The position numbers and the translations under genes are program-made. A stretch of DNA of 63,005 nucleotides, counting the filler, from Octopus bimaculoides (Eukaryota), in NCBI RefSeq assembly GCF_001194135.2. It is 6 parts of 5 records of this genome, joined end to end, with 100 filler letters (N's around TTAATTAATTAA, not from the genome) between each part and the next. Parts side by side here need not be neighbours in the genome. Positions count along the whole stretch, not along the records: positions 8,368 to 19,072 come from NC_069000.1; positions 19,173 to 35,160 come from NC_068985.1; 4 more parts are not named here. The stretch is one strand, 5' to 3'. The notes beneath the pieces were generated by a model, which ran no database searches, was not told the DNA's origin, and worked only from the letters and a program-made list of their open reading frames with translations. Shown one piece after another: positions 11,615 through 23,070 of the stretch. Every line of letters starts with the position of its first letter. The first letter of the stretch is position 1.

Positions 11615-11810
11615 ATTGAGTTGCTGAGGCAGAAATATCGCTATAGCAAATATTCTGTTTAGTACCACAGATTGCTTGACCTTAACCACTTGGGCGTGTC
11701 CCTTAGTGACTGACAATATATGCATCTCTGATGATGAACAGGAGTTGTGGGGGAGCATCATAGCTATGTGTTCCGAGGGATTGCTTTGGAGTTTGAATAA
11801 ATGTAACAAA
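11615..11810 (+). mobile_element. Diverged internal fragment of repeat family C
   Basis: Similar to 17930-18100 (AGCAAATATTCT...ACCACAGATT...CATCATAGCTATGTGTT). Confidence 0.65.
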
Positions 11811-11972
11811 ACCAAAGTTTAAAGGAAATATTAGCTATTTGTCATACTTTGTAGAGGTAAGCATAAACGAAATAACAGTTGCTATCCAAGGACAAAAATC
11901 ATGTTAGAAAGTGTAATCGACGAAATAAGATTACAAAAAGTGATATTAATATTTGTTTTTAATGAATAAATT

Positions 11973-12540
11973 TATTTCGTCCGCTGTTACGTTCTGAGTT
12001 CAAATTCCGCCGAGGTCGACTTTGCCCTTCCTCCTTTAGGGGTTGATAAATTAAGTACCAGTTACGCACTGGCGTCAATGTAATCGACTTAATCCCTTTG
12101 TCTGTCCTTGTTTGTCCCCTCTATGTTTAGCCCCTTGTGGGCAATAAAGAAATAAGAAACGTTAGCACGCCGGGCGAAATGCTTAGCGTTACTTCGTATG
12201 TCTTTACGTTCTCAATTCTAATTCCGCCGAGGTCGACTTTACCTTTTATCCTTTCGAGGTCGATAAGTTAAGTACCAGTTGCGTACTGGGGTACTGTAAT
12301 CGACTAGCCCTTCCCAAAGAATTTCGGACCTTATGCCTAGGGTAGAAAAGAATCGTTAGCAAGCCGAGCAAAATGCTTAGCAGCATTTCGTCCGTCTTTA
12401 CGTTTTGAATTCAAATTCTTCCGAGGTCAATTTCACCTTTCGTCCTTTCGGGATCGATAAAAATAAGTACCAGTCAAGCACAGGTCGATCTCATTAACTT
12501 ATCTCTCCCCCTAAATAACTGACTTTGTACCAAAAACGTG
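11973..12540 (+). mobile_element. Three head-to-tail SINE family A units
   Basis: Units start near 11973, 12157 and 12351, each with the TTCAAATTCCGCCGAGGTCGACTTT-like core. Confidence 0.8.
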
Positions 12541-12564
12541 AAAGCAATTGCCTCTCTCTATTTC

Positions 12565-12749
12565 ACAGTGTTAAATGTTGAACACGGAACCCACATGGTT
12601 CCGGGTTCAACTCCATCGTGTGGATCCTTGGGCAAGCGACTTCTGCTATAGCTCCGGATCTAAGCCTTGTGAATGGATTTGGTTGACTAAAACTGAAAGA
12701 AGCAGTTATATACATACATACATACATACATACATACATACGTACATAC

Positions 12750-12803
<54 letters not shown>

Positions 12804-13050
12804 TACTATGCGCATGTGTGTTTGTATTTTTACTTGTCTCCCCACTGCCGCTTGACTGGTGTTGGTTCGTTTAAGTTTCCATAACTTAGCGGACCGACAG
12901 AAAGGAGCCAACAGAATAAGTATCAGGCTAAGAATGAAAGATATACTGGGGTTGATTTGTTTGACTAAACGCTACCAGGCGGTACCACCGCATGGCCGCA
13001 GTCTAATGAGTGAAACAAGTATGTATATGAGTGAAACAAGTATGTATATG
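12565..13050 (+). mobile_element. SINE family B (bipartite, internal TA/CA microsatellite)
   Basis: 5' half ATGGTTCCGGGTTCA...CTTGGGCAAG...; 3' half ...GTAACTTAGCGG...CATGGCCGCAGTC..TGAAACAAGT. Confidence 0.75.
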
Positions 13051-13166
13051 AGTGAAACAATGTATGTATGTATGTACGTTTGCATGGATATATAGAGATA
13101 CGAACATTTGCATCTGTTTATCTAACCCCATCACCGCTCTCTCCCCGCTCTGTCGCCTTCTCTAAA

Positions 13167-13216
<50 letters not shown>

Positions 13217-13224
13217 ACTATCTA

Positions 13225-13275
<51 letters not shown>

Positions 13276-13564
13276 ATATCTATCTTTCTATCTATCTAAT
13301 TTATATATATCGTGGACATGTTATGCATACATACTTGCATATATACACACACACAAATTGATCATGCATATTATATATGCATATGCATGTGTGTGTACAC
13401 ACACATATGTATATGGATATATATGTATGTATGTATATATATATATATATATATNNNNNNNNNNNNNNNNNNNNNNNNNNNNNNNNNNNNNNNNNNNNNN
13501 NNNNNNNNNNNNNNNNNNNNNNNNNNNNNNNNNNNNNNNNNNNNNNNNNNNNNNNNNNNNNNNN

Positions 13565-13597
<33 letters not shown>

Positions 13598-14958
13598 TGT
13601 GTCCCACCTAGCTGATGGGAAGCTTTAGTGGAATTCACAATTGCAAGAGTTTCGAACGCCTACCTCGTAGCATAAAGATAGCCTGTACTCTCCACTTCAT
13701 GTTTAAAAATAATACTAAATCTATTCTCTTTCTCTCCTTCAATATACAAAGATTCCTGCCCAATGTAGCTCCCATACATCACTTGCTTCCTCGCAAAGCG
13801 TCCATTCTATTCTTCTCAGAGACAAATCTCATCTCTCATGTAGTGTAACGTATCTCTGCTGTATTCAATACACAAGCTTCATACTGCACAATGATTTATG
13901 TAGATTCAACCCTTCTTGTCACTTTCTCTTCTGGATATCAATACCGAAGACATCCCAGTTAACCTTGTTCAAAGTTTCACTACCTTATTTCTCTAAATAC
14001 AACTGCTTCTTCTACCGCTTTCCGAATTCCTTCAACCACCAATAGCTCTTCGTCTGTATTTTTTATCAACATAAAGAACATATATCCCATTTGACTTCTC
14101 GAGAATCTTTGCTCTCTATGATTTGAATGTTTGCAACTCTTCTTGGTTTTCACATTCACCTCATATTGATGACTGACGTTAGAATCCATTCTTTTGCAGT
14201 CCTCTGTCTTATCGCGCAACTCATCACACATCCACAAAAACGCGACCCACCCACTCCAACTGTCGGCCCTTATGCCACTTCAAATCAGCTGACTACTCGG
14301 AGATCTGCCAGTGTTATGACCATACTTGGTTGTACAAGTGCTTCATACATGACCAGTCAGAAACAGCTTGATCGGTGAGTAAAGCATTCATTTTTACGCA
14401 TGTCTATCGACATCTCTCTTACATTCAAAAACTCTTCGTATCAATTCATGGAAGTGAGTTTGCTACAAATTCACAAGACTCTTTGAGCAAATTACTCCCT
14501 CTTACAAAGCGGCTTGATTAAACTCAAACACAAGACTATCGTCCAAAATTCTAAAGTTCTCTCTATATGTCGTACAGGCAAGCGAAGTACTTCTACTTTT
14601 CAAATTATAGATCATCTTTCTTAGAAGCACATCTGCCTCATTTTGCAGAATTCTTTCGTTTTATTTTCTTAAATGTGATAGTCCCCTGTAAGGAATATAT
14701 CATGGAGAATGCTTCCCCTTTTGTCACCCTATTTTCATACAGCTCCACACTGCACATACTACATAAATCTTCGCCAAAACAATATCTTTTCACCCCAACA
14801 TACTGACCACTGTGTATGCACAGGCACTAAGTATGAAGACACTTGCAGTCGCTTTAAATCATTAAGGCTAATAGACCTGAAAATGTTCTTTTCATTATCC
14901 CAAATTACGTGCCGAGGTCCTAGCCTTACCCTCGTCAATCTGCTCAGTCTCTCTGTCA

Positions 14959-15174
14959 CTTTGTCTATCTCTCTCCCTTTGTCTATCTCCCTCCCTTTGT
15001 CTATCTCTCTCCCTTTGTCTATCTCTCTCCCTTTGTCTATCTCTCTCCCTTTGTCTATCTCTCTCCCTTTGTCGATCTCTCTGCCTTTGTCTATCTCTCT
15101 CCCTTTGTCTATCTCTCTCCCTTTGTCTATCTCTCTCCCTTTGTCTATCTCTCTCCCTTTGTCTATCTCTCTCC
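14959..15174. repeat. 18-bp minisatellite (CTTTGTCTATCTCTCTCC) x12
   Basis: 216 bp = 12 units, few variants; source of the SISLPL ORF. Confidence 0.95.
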
Positions 15175-15569
15175 CTTCCTATCTCTCTCCCTTCCCTCTC
15201 TCACTCCTTCCCTCTCTTCCCTCTCTCTCTCTCTCCCTCTCCATCTCTCCAAGAATATGTCGCAATCTTTGGATACACTCTCTGCTGCGTCATTCGTAAG
15301 AAGATCTACGCACTACCTATCGTTCTAGGGTATTCAACATCCCAAGTTCAATTAAGCGTGAGCATATTTACCAGAGTATATTAACAATCTAATTAGACAT
15401 ACTATCGCGGAGAGGAAATTAGATGAACCCCAATAAACCAGCAGGGGAGACAATTCCGAGTATATTTCGATCTTTCTACTACCGCCAAAGCGATGCATAG
15501 ATTGCTATGTACCTGCCGAAAGAAAGATTTAGTAACTAAATATTAGCAGAAGGCCAACAAGCTGGGGGG

Positions 15570-15745
15570 TTTGGTAAGTCGATTACATCGATCCCAGTGA
15601 TCAACTGGTATTTATTTTATCGACCACGAATGGACGAAAAGCAAAGTCAACCCAGGCGGTATTTGAGCTCAGAACATGAAGTCTGAGAAAAAGGATGCTA
15701 AGCATTTTTTCCGGTGCTGTAAAGATTCTGCCATCTCGCCGCCTT
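15570..15745 (-). mobile_element. SINE family A (diverged)
   Basis: AAGTCGATTACATCGATCCCAG...TTTGAGCTCAGAAC motif. Confidence 0.7.
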
Positions 15746-16047
15746 TCAATAACTAAATATTGCAATCAGGGAANNNNNNNNNNNNNNNNNNNNNNNNNNN
15801 NNNNNNNNNNNNNNNNNNNNNNNNNNNNNNNNNNNNNNNNNNNNNNNNNNNNNNNNNNNNNNNNNNNNNNNNNNNNNNNNNNNNNNNNNNNNNNNNNNNN
15901 NNNNNNNNNNNNNNNNNNNNNNNNNNNNNNNNNNNNNNNNNNNNNNNNNNNNNNNNNNNNNNNNNNNNNNNNNNNNNNNNNNNNNNNNNNNNNNNNNNNN
16001 NNNNNNNNNNNNNNNNNNNNNNNNNNNNNNNNNNNNNNNNNNNNNNN

Positions 16048-16095
<48 letters not shown>

Positions 16096-16104
16096 TGTGT
16101 CTGT

Positions 16105-16295
16105 GTGTGTCTGTATTTGTCCCCTCACCATTAGTTGACAATCGATGTTGGTGTGTTTATATACCCGTAACTTAGCGGTTCGGCAAAAGAAACGATAGAA
16201 TAAGTACTAGACTTACAAAGAATAAATCTTGGGGTCGATTTGCTTGACTAAAGACGCTGCTCCAGCATGGCCGCAGTCAAGTAACTGAAACAAAT
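16105..16295 (+). mobile_element. SINE family B, 3' half
   Basis: GTAACTTAGCGGTTCGGCAAAAG...CTCCAGCATGGCCGCAGTC. Confidence 0.75.
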
Positions 16296-16764
16296 AAAAG
16301 AAATAAAAGTTAAATAGTAGAATAAGTAGAAAGAAAATATTTAATATTAAGTAATACGGCAAGGAAAGGAGGACAATTATTCAGTGATTAAGTTCCGAGA
16401 CGCTCAGGCTGCCTCGGCTAAGGCCAGACGATCTGAAATACCAGCGTAGTAAAATGAGAAGAAAAACCAAATTTCCCAGCTGCCAGGTTTGATCGAGTGA
16501 GTGAATCAGTTTCCCATGCGCTGATACAAAAAGCATTAGATATTGTATTCCACAATGTGAGGGAACATCTGGCGGTACTTGGATCACTATACAAAAAGTT
16601 TGTCAAGAAGTAATTCAAGGCCCTATGGCAGTTATTGGACATAAGTGTTTATGGAAAACAGGAAAACTGATGAGGGCGAAAGTGGAGTCTAAGTCTTTCA
16701 ATGGAAAGTGGAGATGAATTTCAAGAAAGTGTGCCTCCTGGCCAAGTTATAATAACGGTTTCAA

Positions 16765-16970
16765 ATTTTGGCACCAAGCCAGCAAATTCGGGGAGTGACT
16801 AAGTCGATTACAATGACCACATTTCTCAAATGGTATTTATTTTATCAATTCCAAGACGATGAGAGGCAAAAATCGACCTTGGCGGAATTTGAATTCAGAA
16901 TATAAAGACGGATGAAATACCGCTAAGCATTTTGCTCGACATACTAACGATTCTGCAAGCTCGCCACCTT
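16765..16970 (-). mobile_element. SINE family A
   Basis: GTCGATTACA...TCGACCTTGGCGGAATTTGAA...CGCTAAGCATTT. Confidence 0.75.
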
Positions 16971-17069
16971 AATAATCCTTTCTATTATAGGCACAAGGCT
17001 TGAAATTTATAGGGAGGCGGTAAATCAATCACATCGACCCTAGCACTTGACCACATTATTATTATTGTT

Positions 17070-17224
17070 CAGTAGTTTTATTTTTATAACGTGCTTTCAC
17101 TTCACTACCGAGCGCAGCTCTGTGCGCCTTGGGTATGTGCTGTGGTTTGCTGTGGTGCTCTTATGGTTACTGTATTGAGAGTGTTTTGCGTAGGATGTGT
17201 GCTGTGCCCAGTAGTGCAATTTCC

Positions 17225-17226
<2 letters not shown>
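17070..17226 (-). mobile_element. Second, shorter R4/Dong-clade 3' end
   Basis: Near-identical to 7340-7497; minus strand encodes IALLGTAHILRKTLSIQ*; TTA repeats on both sides. Confidence 0.8.
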
Positions 17227-17270
<44 letters not shown>

Positions 17271-17847
17271 NNNNNNNNNNNNNNNNNNNNNNNNNNNNNN
17301 NNNNNNNNNNNNNNNNNNNNNNNNNNNNNNNNNNNNNNNNNNNNNNNNNNNNNNNNNNNNNNNNNNNNNNNNNNNNNNNNNNNNNNNNNNNNNNNNNNNN
17401 NNNNNNNNNNNNNNNNNNNNNNNNNNNNNNNNNNNNNNNNNNNNNNNNNNNNNNNNNNNNNNNNNNNNNNNNNNNNNNNNNNNNNNNNNNNNNNNNNNNN
17501 NNNNNNNNNNNNNNNNNNNNNNNNNNNNNNNNNNNNNNNNNNNNNNNNNNNNNNNNNNNNNNNNNNNNNNNNNNNNNNNNNNNNNNNNNNNNNNNNNNNN
17601 NNNNNNNNNNNNNNNNNNNNNNNNNNNNNNNNNNNNNNNNNNNNNNNNNNNNNNNNNNNNNNNNNNNNNNNNNNNNNNNNNNNNNNNNNNNNNNNNNNNN
17701 NNNNNNNNNNNNNNNNNNNNNNNNNNNNNNNNNNNNNNNNNNNNNNNNNNNNNNNNNNNNNNNNNNNNNNNNNNNNNNNNNNNNNNNNNNNNNNNNNNNN
17801 NNNNNNNNNNNNNNNNNNNNNNNNNNNAACAATAATAATAATAATAA

Positions 17848-18380
17848 TGCAGTACCAGACAGTGGCTCTCATGGCTTCTGATCTTAATTGATTGGAAGTG
17901 TTATCATATACATTGTTTTGTCTTGGTATAAAAAGATGGGCTACAGCAAATATTCTACTCAATACCACAGATTTGCTTGTCAGTTGTTTGACCCTAACTA
18001 GTTGAGCATGTCCCTGATGATATGTGCATCGCTGATCACGAGCAGAAGTTGAGAGTGCATCATAGCCATGTGTTGAGAAGAATTCTTTGGAGTTTGGATA
18101 ATTCACCCCTGGAAACATGGGTGTTTCATTCAATATCCTTAAACAACCCTTATCTAGGGACCTTTTGAGCGGGATGGGCTACGCGACCTAAAAAAATTCT
18201 AACTGGGCCCCACCTGCAAGGTCCTGCGCTGTTTATCTTGATATGAAATGACTATGTCGCGTACATATGCTTGTGATGTATGTGCCTGGTGTGCCCTTAT
18301 CAGACGGGTTGTCATGATGGGTATACTGGGCTTCGTATACTTTACCCCGGTGTCAATTTGATGGCATGCACTGCTCTCTC
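17848..18380 (+). mobile_element. Repeat family C, longest copy, (AAT)n on both sides
   Basis: Matches 7903-8267 in reverse and 11615-11810. Confidence 0.8.
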
Positions 18381-18427
<47 letters not shown>

Positions 18428-18640
18428 CCTTTCTGCTGAAGGCACAAGGTCTGAATCTTGTGGGGAGGGGAGTAATTGATTACATTGATCCCAGTGTTTA
18501 ACTGGTACTTAATTTATCGACACCGAAAGGATGAAAGACAAAGTCGACCTCGGCAGTATTTGAACTCAGGATGTAGCGCCGGGGGAAATACCGCTAAGCA
18601 TTTCGTCCAACGTGCTAACATCTCTGCCAGTTCGCTACCT
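18428..18640 (-). mobile_element. SINE family A
   Basis: ACTGGTACTTAATTTATCGAC..GAAAGGATGAAAG.CAAAGTCGACCTCGGC. Confidence 0.8.
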
Positions 18641-18733
18641 TATAGGTATGTTGCAATGACAAAGCCTGACCGGAGAGTACGGCATGGCTTGACAAAAAGA
18701 GCCTGATTGTCGTATGAACGATACCTGTGTCTG

Positions 18734-18792
<59 letters not shown>

Positions 18793-18806
18793 GTCTGTCT
18801 ATCTAT

Positions 18807-19072
18807 CTATCCGAGGGGGCATCCCTGACGGACCGAACGTGCAATGTCGAAGGGTCTTGATAGATGCCCATTGACGCGAACTACCGAACGGATGCCTCTG
18901 TACAAGGCAGCCATCCAGCCGCGGAAAATGGGACCGAAGCCGGCTGCTATGAGGACAGCCTCCAAGTATTGATGGTCTACCCTATCGAAAGCTTTCGATT
19001 GATCTAAATTGATCAGGGCCCCACCCATGCCAGGTTCCTTAACTACCCTCTCTATGCGCTACATCATAGAGA
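18807..19072 (-). mobile_element. Tx1/L1-clade reverse transcriptase fragment
   Basis: IERVVKEPGMGGALINLDQSKAFDRVDHQYL...VRVNG.LS.PF...RSVRQGCPL: the LDxxKAFD and RQGCPLS RT motifs; abuts (CTAT)n and ends at a spacer. Confidence 0.9.
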
Positions 19073-19172
19073 NNNNNNNNNNNNNNNNNNNNNNNNNNNN
19101 NNNNNNNNNNNNNNNNTTAATTAATTAANNNNNNNNNNNNNNNNNNNNNNNNNNNNNNNNNNNNNNNNNNNN
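19073..19172. other. Artificial 100-bp assembly spacer
   Basis: 44N-TTAATTAATTAA-44N. Confidence 0.95.
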
Positions 19173-19678
19173 TATATACATATATATATATATATATGTG
19201 TGTGCGCTTTCTATGAAACACTTTAGTTGAGTAAACAAAGCGTGCTCTCTGGTGTCATATATCATGGTCCATTCTAAGACTGTATGATGTAATTATTTTC
19301 ATAATATAATCAAGCTTATTACAGCTACGACTGCAATATTCAACATTAAATTTTACGCATAGACTCATGATTATTATGAGATTGTTGGGCAACTGTTCTA
19401 AATAATATTGGCAAAATCCTGCCTGGCAAAGAAATGGAAGAAAAATGAAAGCGAGCATGATATACCCATATCTGTAAATTATGACATATTGAATTTAGCA
19501 CGTGACTTTAGTATTTGGCACAGCATTAACAATGCCGTCTGTCTGTTTTATTGAATACAAGTTCATACTCCAAGAACTTATTTCTTTGCTAACTTTCTGG
19601 TTATTAAAATTAACGTCTCTAAAATTTCTGGAATGTATTTAATCAATACTTTCCATTCAAAGCAATCCGTATAAACTT

Positions 19679-19730
<52 letters not shown>

Positions 19731-20950
19731 GATGCTCATGGTAAGGTGAATTAAAATAACAGCCAAAAGAACATATTTTTGGAAAGAAGGTTACAGGCGA
19801 TCGCATATACACACAGCCCAACACAGTCACAGGCAGCGAAATTCAAACATGAATTAGCTATTTTTGCCACGGGAAATGCAGACTTTTTCAGGCGAGAGAT
19901 GTGTCATTCTCATGTGGTATTTATATATATATATATATTGTGATTTGAACCAATATATATATATATATATATATNNNNNNNNNNNNNNNNNNNNNNNNNN
20001 TGTGTGTGTGTGTGTGTGTGTGTGTCTGCGTGTGTGTGTGTACATAAGACAAGAAGGGGTGTATTTCTACGTAAATATAAGTAAATTTGTTACTCAAAAT
20101 GCCCCTAAATTTGAAAAGTTCGTAATTGTATTTAAATAGATTTATTTAGCATGCATACTAAACCAGTTTGAACAATATGTTTCGTTTATCAATGTAAAGG
20201 TTTAAAATTATGAATTATAAAAATATCTTGCTTAAAAATTCAATGCTTATAAGTTTCATTATAATATCAAATATGATTTAAGCGTTCATAGTATTGAATA
20301 GTATAAAATTGTAGATCATCTTGTTTAAATGCACAAATTCTAGTAGTGTTAGAATGATTGATAAATAATATGGATCATTAATGTTTTGATGATACTGAGT
20401 CAAGACGGGAAAAAATCAAGTGAGGAATGAAAATAGTAAAAAGAAAGGTTTTGTTTACAGTTTCTCTGATTCTTTTCCCGCGTGTGCAAGAAATTTCGCT
20501 TGTAACGGCATTTTTGGCAATCCGGTGTATTTATAATTTTTTTTTTTCTGTGAACAGATCTGATTTTTGATTCGCTAAATTACTGGTGATGTCTTATTCC
20601 TGTCGTGGTCAAGTTTGTCGCTCTGCCTACTTGGCTTCCCTGTAGTGAACAATCATCAGCCGTTCCGGTTGGATGATTGTCTCTTGTATTTACTGAAGTT
20701 CGGTTTGATCGGAAGAACAATTTCATTGGTCTAGATTTAGGTGCTGTTATTTGTAGTGGCGGTTTCGAAACCCGCGTGGAGGACTTTTATTGTATGTTTT
20801 TCAAATATACCTGTTGTATTTGGTTGTTTTATTTTGTGGGCGAAAGACTGTTACCAAAGTTTTTTAATATGTTTCTTGTTTCTGATTGTTTTTTTTTGGA
20901 GAAATTGGGTCCTTTACCCTTTTTCTCTTTAGTGTTTTTCTTTTCTTTTT

Positions 20951-21292
20951 CTAAAGGATATTCAGCTGTAGTTTATATTTCATAAAGAGCATGCTTTCCT
21001 TATTAAAACGGAAGTGGGTTGAAGTGTTTCCGGTGCATTGATAGAGTGGGAGGATTTGGTATTTCTGGTTAATGTTTGCGGAGCATTAGTCTAGGTGTTT
21101 GTTTACGGGAATTTTTCCTGGTTGCGGTGTCCCGGATTTGTTGCCTATGTACACTTAGTCTGTCCCTCAAGGTCAAATTAGTTTGATCTATGTACTTTCC
21201 ACCACACCCTCCACATCTGAGAACATAGATTAAGATCTTCGAAGCACAAGTGAGGTGATTTTTATCGTAAAATTTTGACCTGACTTCAATTC

Positions 21293-21296
<4 letters not shown>
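20951..21296 (-). mobile_element. Penelope-like element, decayed GIY-YIG endonuclease domain
   Basis: HLTCASKILIYVLRCGGCGGKYIDQTNLTLRDRLSVHRQQI, then after a frameshift IPVNKHLD*C...ILPLYQC...KESMLFMKYKLQLNIL*; fits the IY-CxxC-YIG...R...H pattern. Confidence 0.8.
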
Positions 21297-21339
<43 letters not shown>

Positions 21340-21605
21340 TGTGTGTGTGTGCATAAGAGTGCAAAATTGCACCTGCAGTTGCTACAAATGGGACCTAAAT
21401 ATATAACGCAAAAAGCCACAGAAAATCACTAAACTCACACAAACTTTCTAGCAATTACAGGTGCTATTGTGCACCATTATCTGTGTATTTTGCCTTTTGG
21501 TTTATAATTCCCCATATCCAACTTTATTATACCGTATTGAACGTGTCATAATGCATTCATTTACCGTTATAATTTCTTATTGTTATTGGAAATATATATA
21601 TATAC

Positions 21606-21658
<53 letters not shown>

Positions 21659-21688
21659 TTTATATACATATACATAATACATATATTC

Positions 21689-21960
21689 ACGAGGTCTGAT
21701 CAATAAGTATACGGACTGATGACATATAATGAAGGAGCATGAAGATTAATATTTATCGTTTTAGCTGTTTACAGCAGTGCTTGTGGGAAAGTTGATTATC
21801 GTGTGATCGTCGCACTGGACATACAAATTTGAAGAAAGTGCACGCAGAGGAGAGTATGATTCGCACACTAGTGTACAAGTGGTTCGGACATAACCACGAT
21901 ATATATATATATGATGATTGCTTCGTCTTGACAGATGATAGCCATCCATTTAAAACGCAC
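21689..21960 (+). mobile_element. Decayed mariner-like DNA transposon, left end
   Basis: ACGAGGTCTGATCAATAAGTATACGGACT resembles a mariner TIR; TLVYKWF and LTDD fragments resemble the HTH region; no right TIR found. Confidence 0.5.
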
Positions 21961-22377
21961 ACCTTTCTCAATCACAGACAACAATAGCTCAGTTGATGAT
22001 ACCTCTCATTACTTTGAAGACAAGTACCAGACTAACAGGGTGTAATACGCAAGTGACAGATATTATTCAAACTGTTGCATCTTTGCCCTTTGAAATTCGA
22101 CTCCCAAGGGAATGATTTTGTGAACTAGTATATGTCTTTTAAGTTCAGATATTATCGTACAAGGTTTATGATATATGACACTGGTTTAAAAGCTGGTTGT
22201 GGATCAAGATTATTAGGTGCCTGGGCATTTTGATTATCATACGGCTTCGCATGGTTCACGCATCGTGCTTTTGACAACAGAACACGATCGCACACAATAT
22301 ACATCCAATATTCACTGTTGACTGCAGTTTCGCTTGTTCCTTTCTGACAGACGCTTTAGAGCACAGAGCGCTTATAC

Positions 22378-22413
<36 letters not shown>

Positions 22414-22416
<3 letters not shown>

Positions 22417-23070
22417 CAATGTTAAATCTCTGAACGAGGTATTAACAGTGACTGCACGGTAAAGTGAAGTATATTTGCCACTTAAATGTGGCTGACCTCG
22501 AGGGGTGGATGTTACTCTGTTGCTTTTAGCCCCAGGAGGACATCTCCTCCAGCTGGCTATCGACACAATTCTGTGTCCTGTCTGTATTTGCCAAGAGAAG
22601 TTATCCTTCTCATCTTGATCTACGATTCGTACGTACTCGAGTTTCAGGGTTATTTCCCTTCTCAGCGTACGACAATCGCCGACCTTCGATGCAAAAGGCA
22701 TCCCTTGGCAAATATATATAAGTTTTTCCAGTGAAATTATTCACTGATATCGAAAAACTGAAAACAAGCAATGTTAAATCTCTGAACGAGGTATTAACAG
22801 TAACTGCACGATAAAGTGAAGTATATTTGCCACTTAAATGTGCATCGAAGGTCGGCGATTGTCGTACGCTGAACAAGGGAAATAACCCTGAAACTCGAGT
22901 ACGTACGTATCGTAGATCAAGATGGGAAGGATAACTTCCCTTGGCAAATACAGACAGGACACAGAAGTGTGTCGATAGCCAGCTGGAGGAGATGTCCTCC
23001 TGGGGCTAAAAGCAACAGTAACATCCACCCCTCGGGGTCAGCCACATTTAAGTGGCAAATATACTTCACT
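22414..23070. repeat. Complex inverted duplication: 231/230-bp inverted arms (22463-22693 / 22841-23070) plus a 77-bp direct repeat (22414-22490 / 22766-22842)
   Basis: Direct comparison; about 7 differences between arms. Confidence 0.92.
22815..23070. mobile_element. Putative 256-bp MITE with 28-bp TIRs AGTGAAGTATATTTGCCACTTAAATGTG
   Basis: Perfect 28-bp terminal inverted repeats; TA-containing flanks suggest Tc1/mariner type but TSD is ambiguous. Confidence 0.55.

Noticed and set aside
13900-14900. Possible Ty3/Gypsy RNase H relic (minus strand TDEELLVVEGIRK)
   Set aside because: One short motif with the neighbouring motifs missing or out of order; cannot be supported without a profile search.
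16380-16660. Possible CR1-type RT relic (minus strand ISNAF...W)
   Set aside because: Lacks an intact LDxxKAFD motif; similarity too weak.
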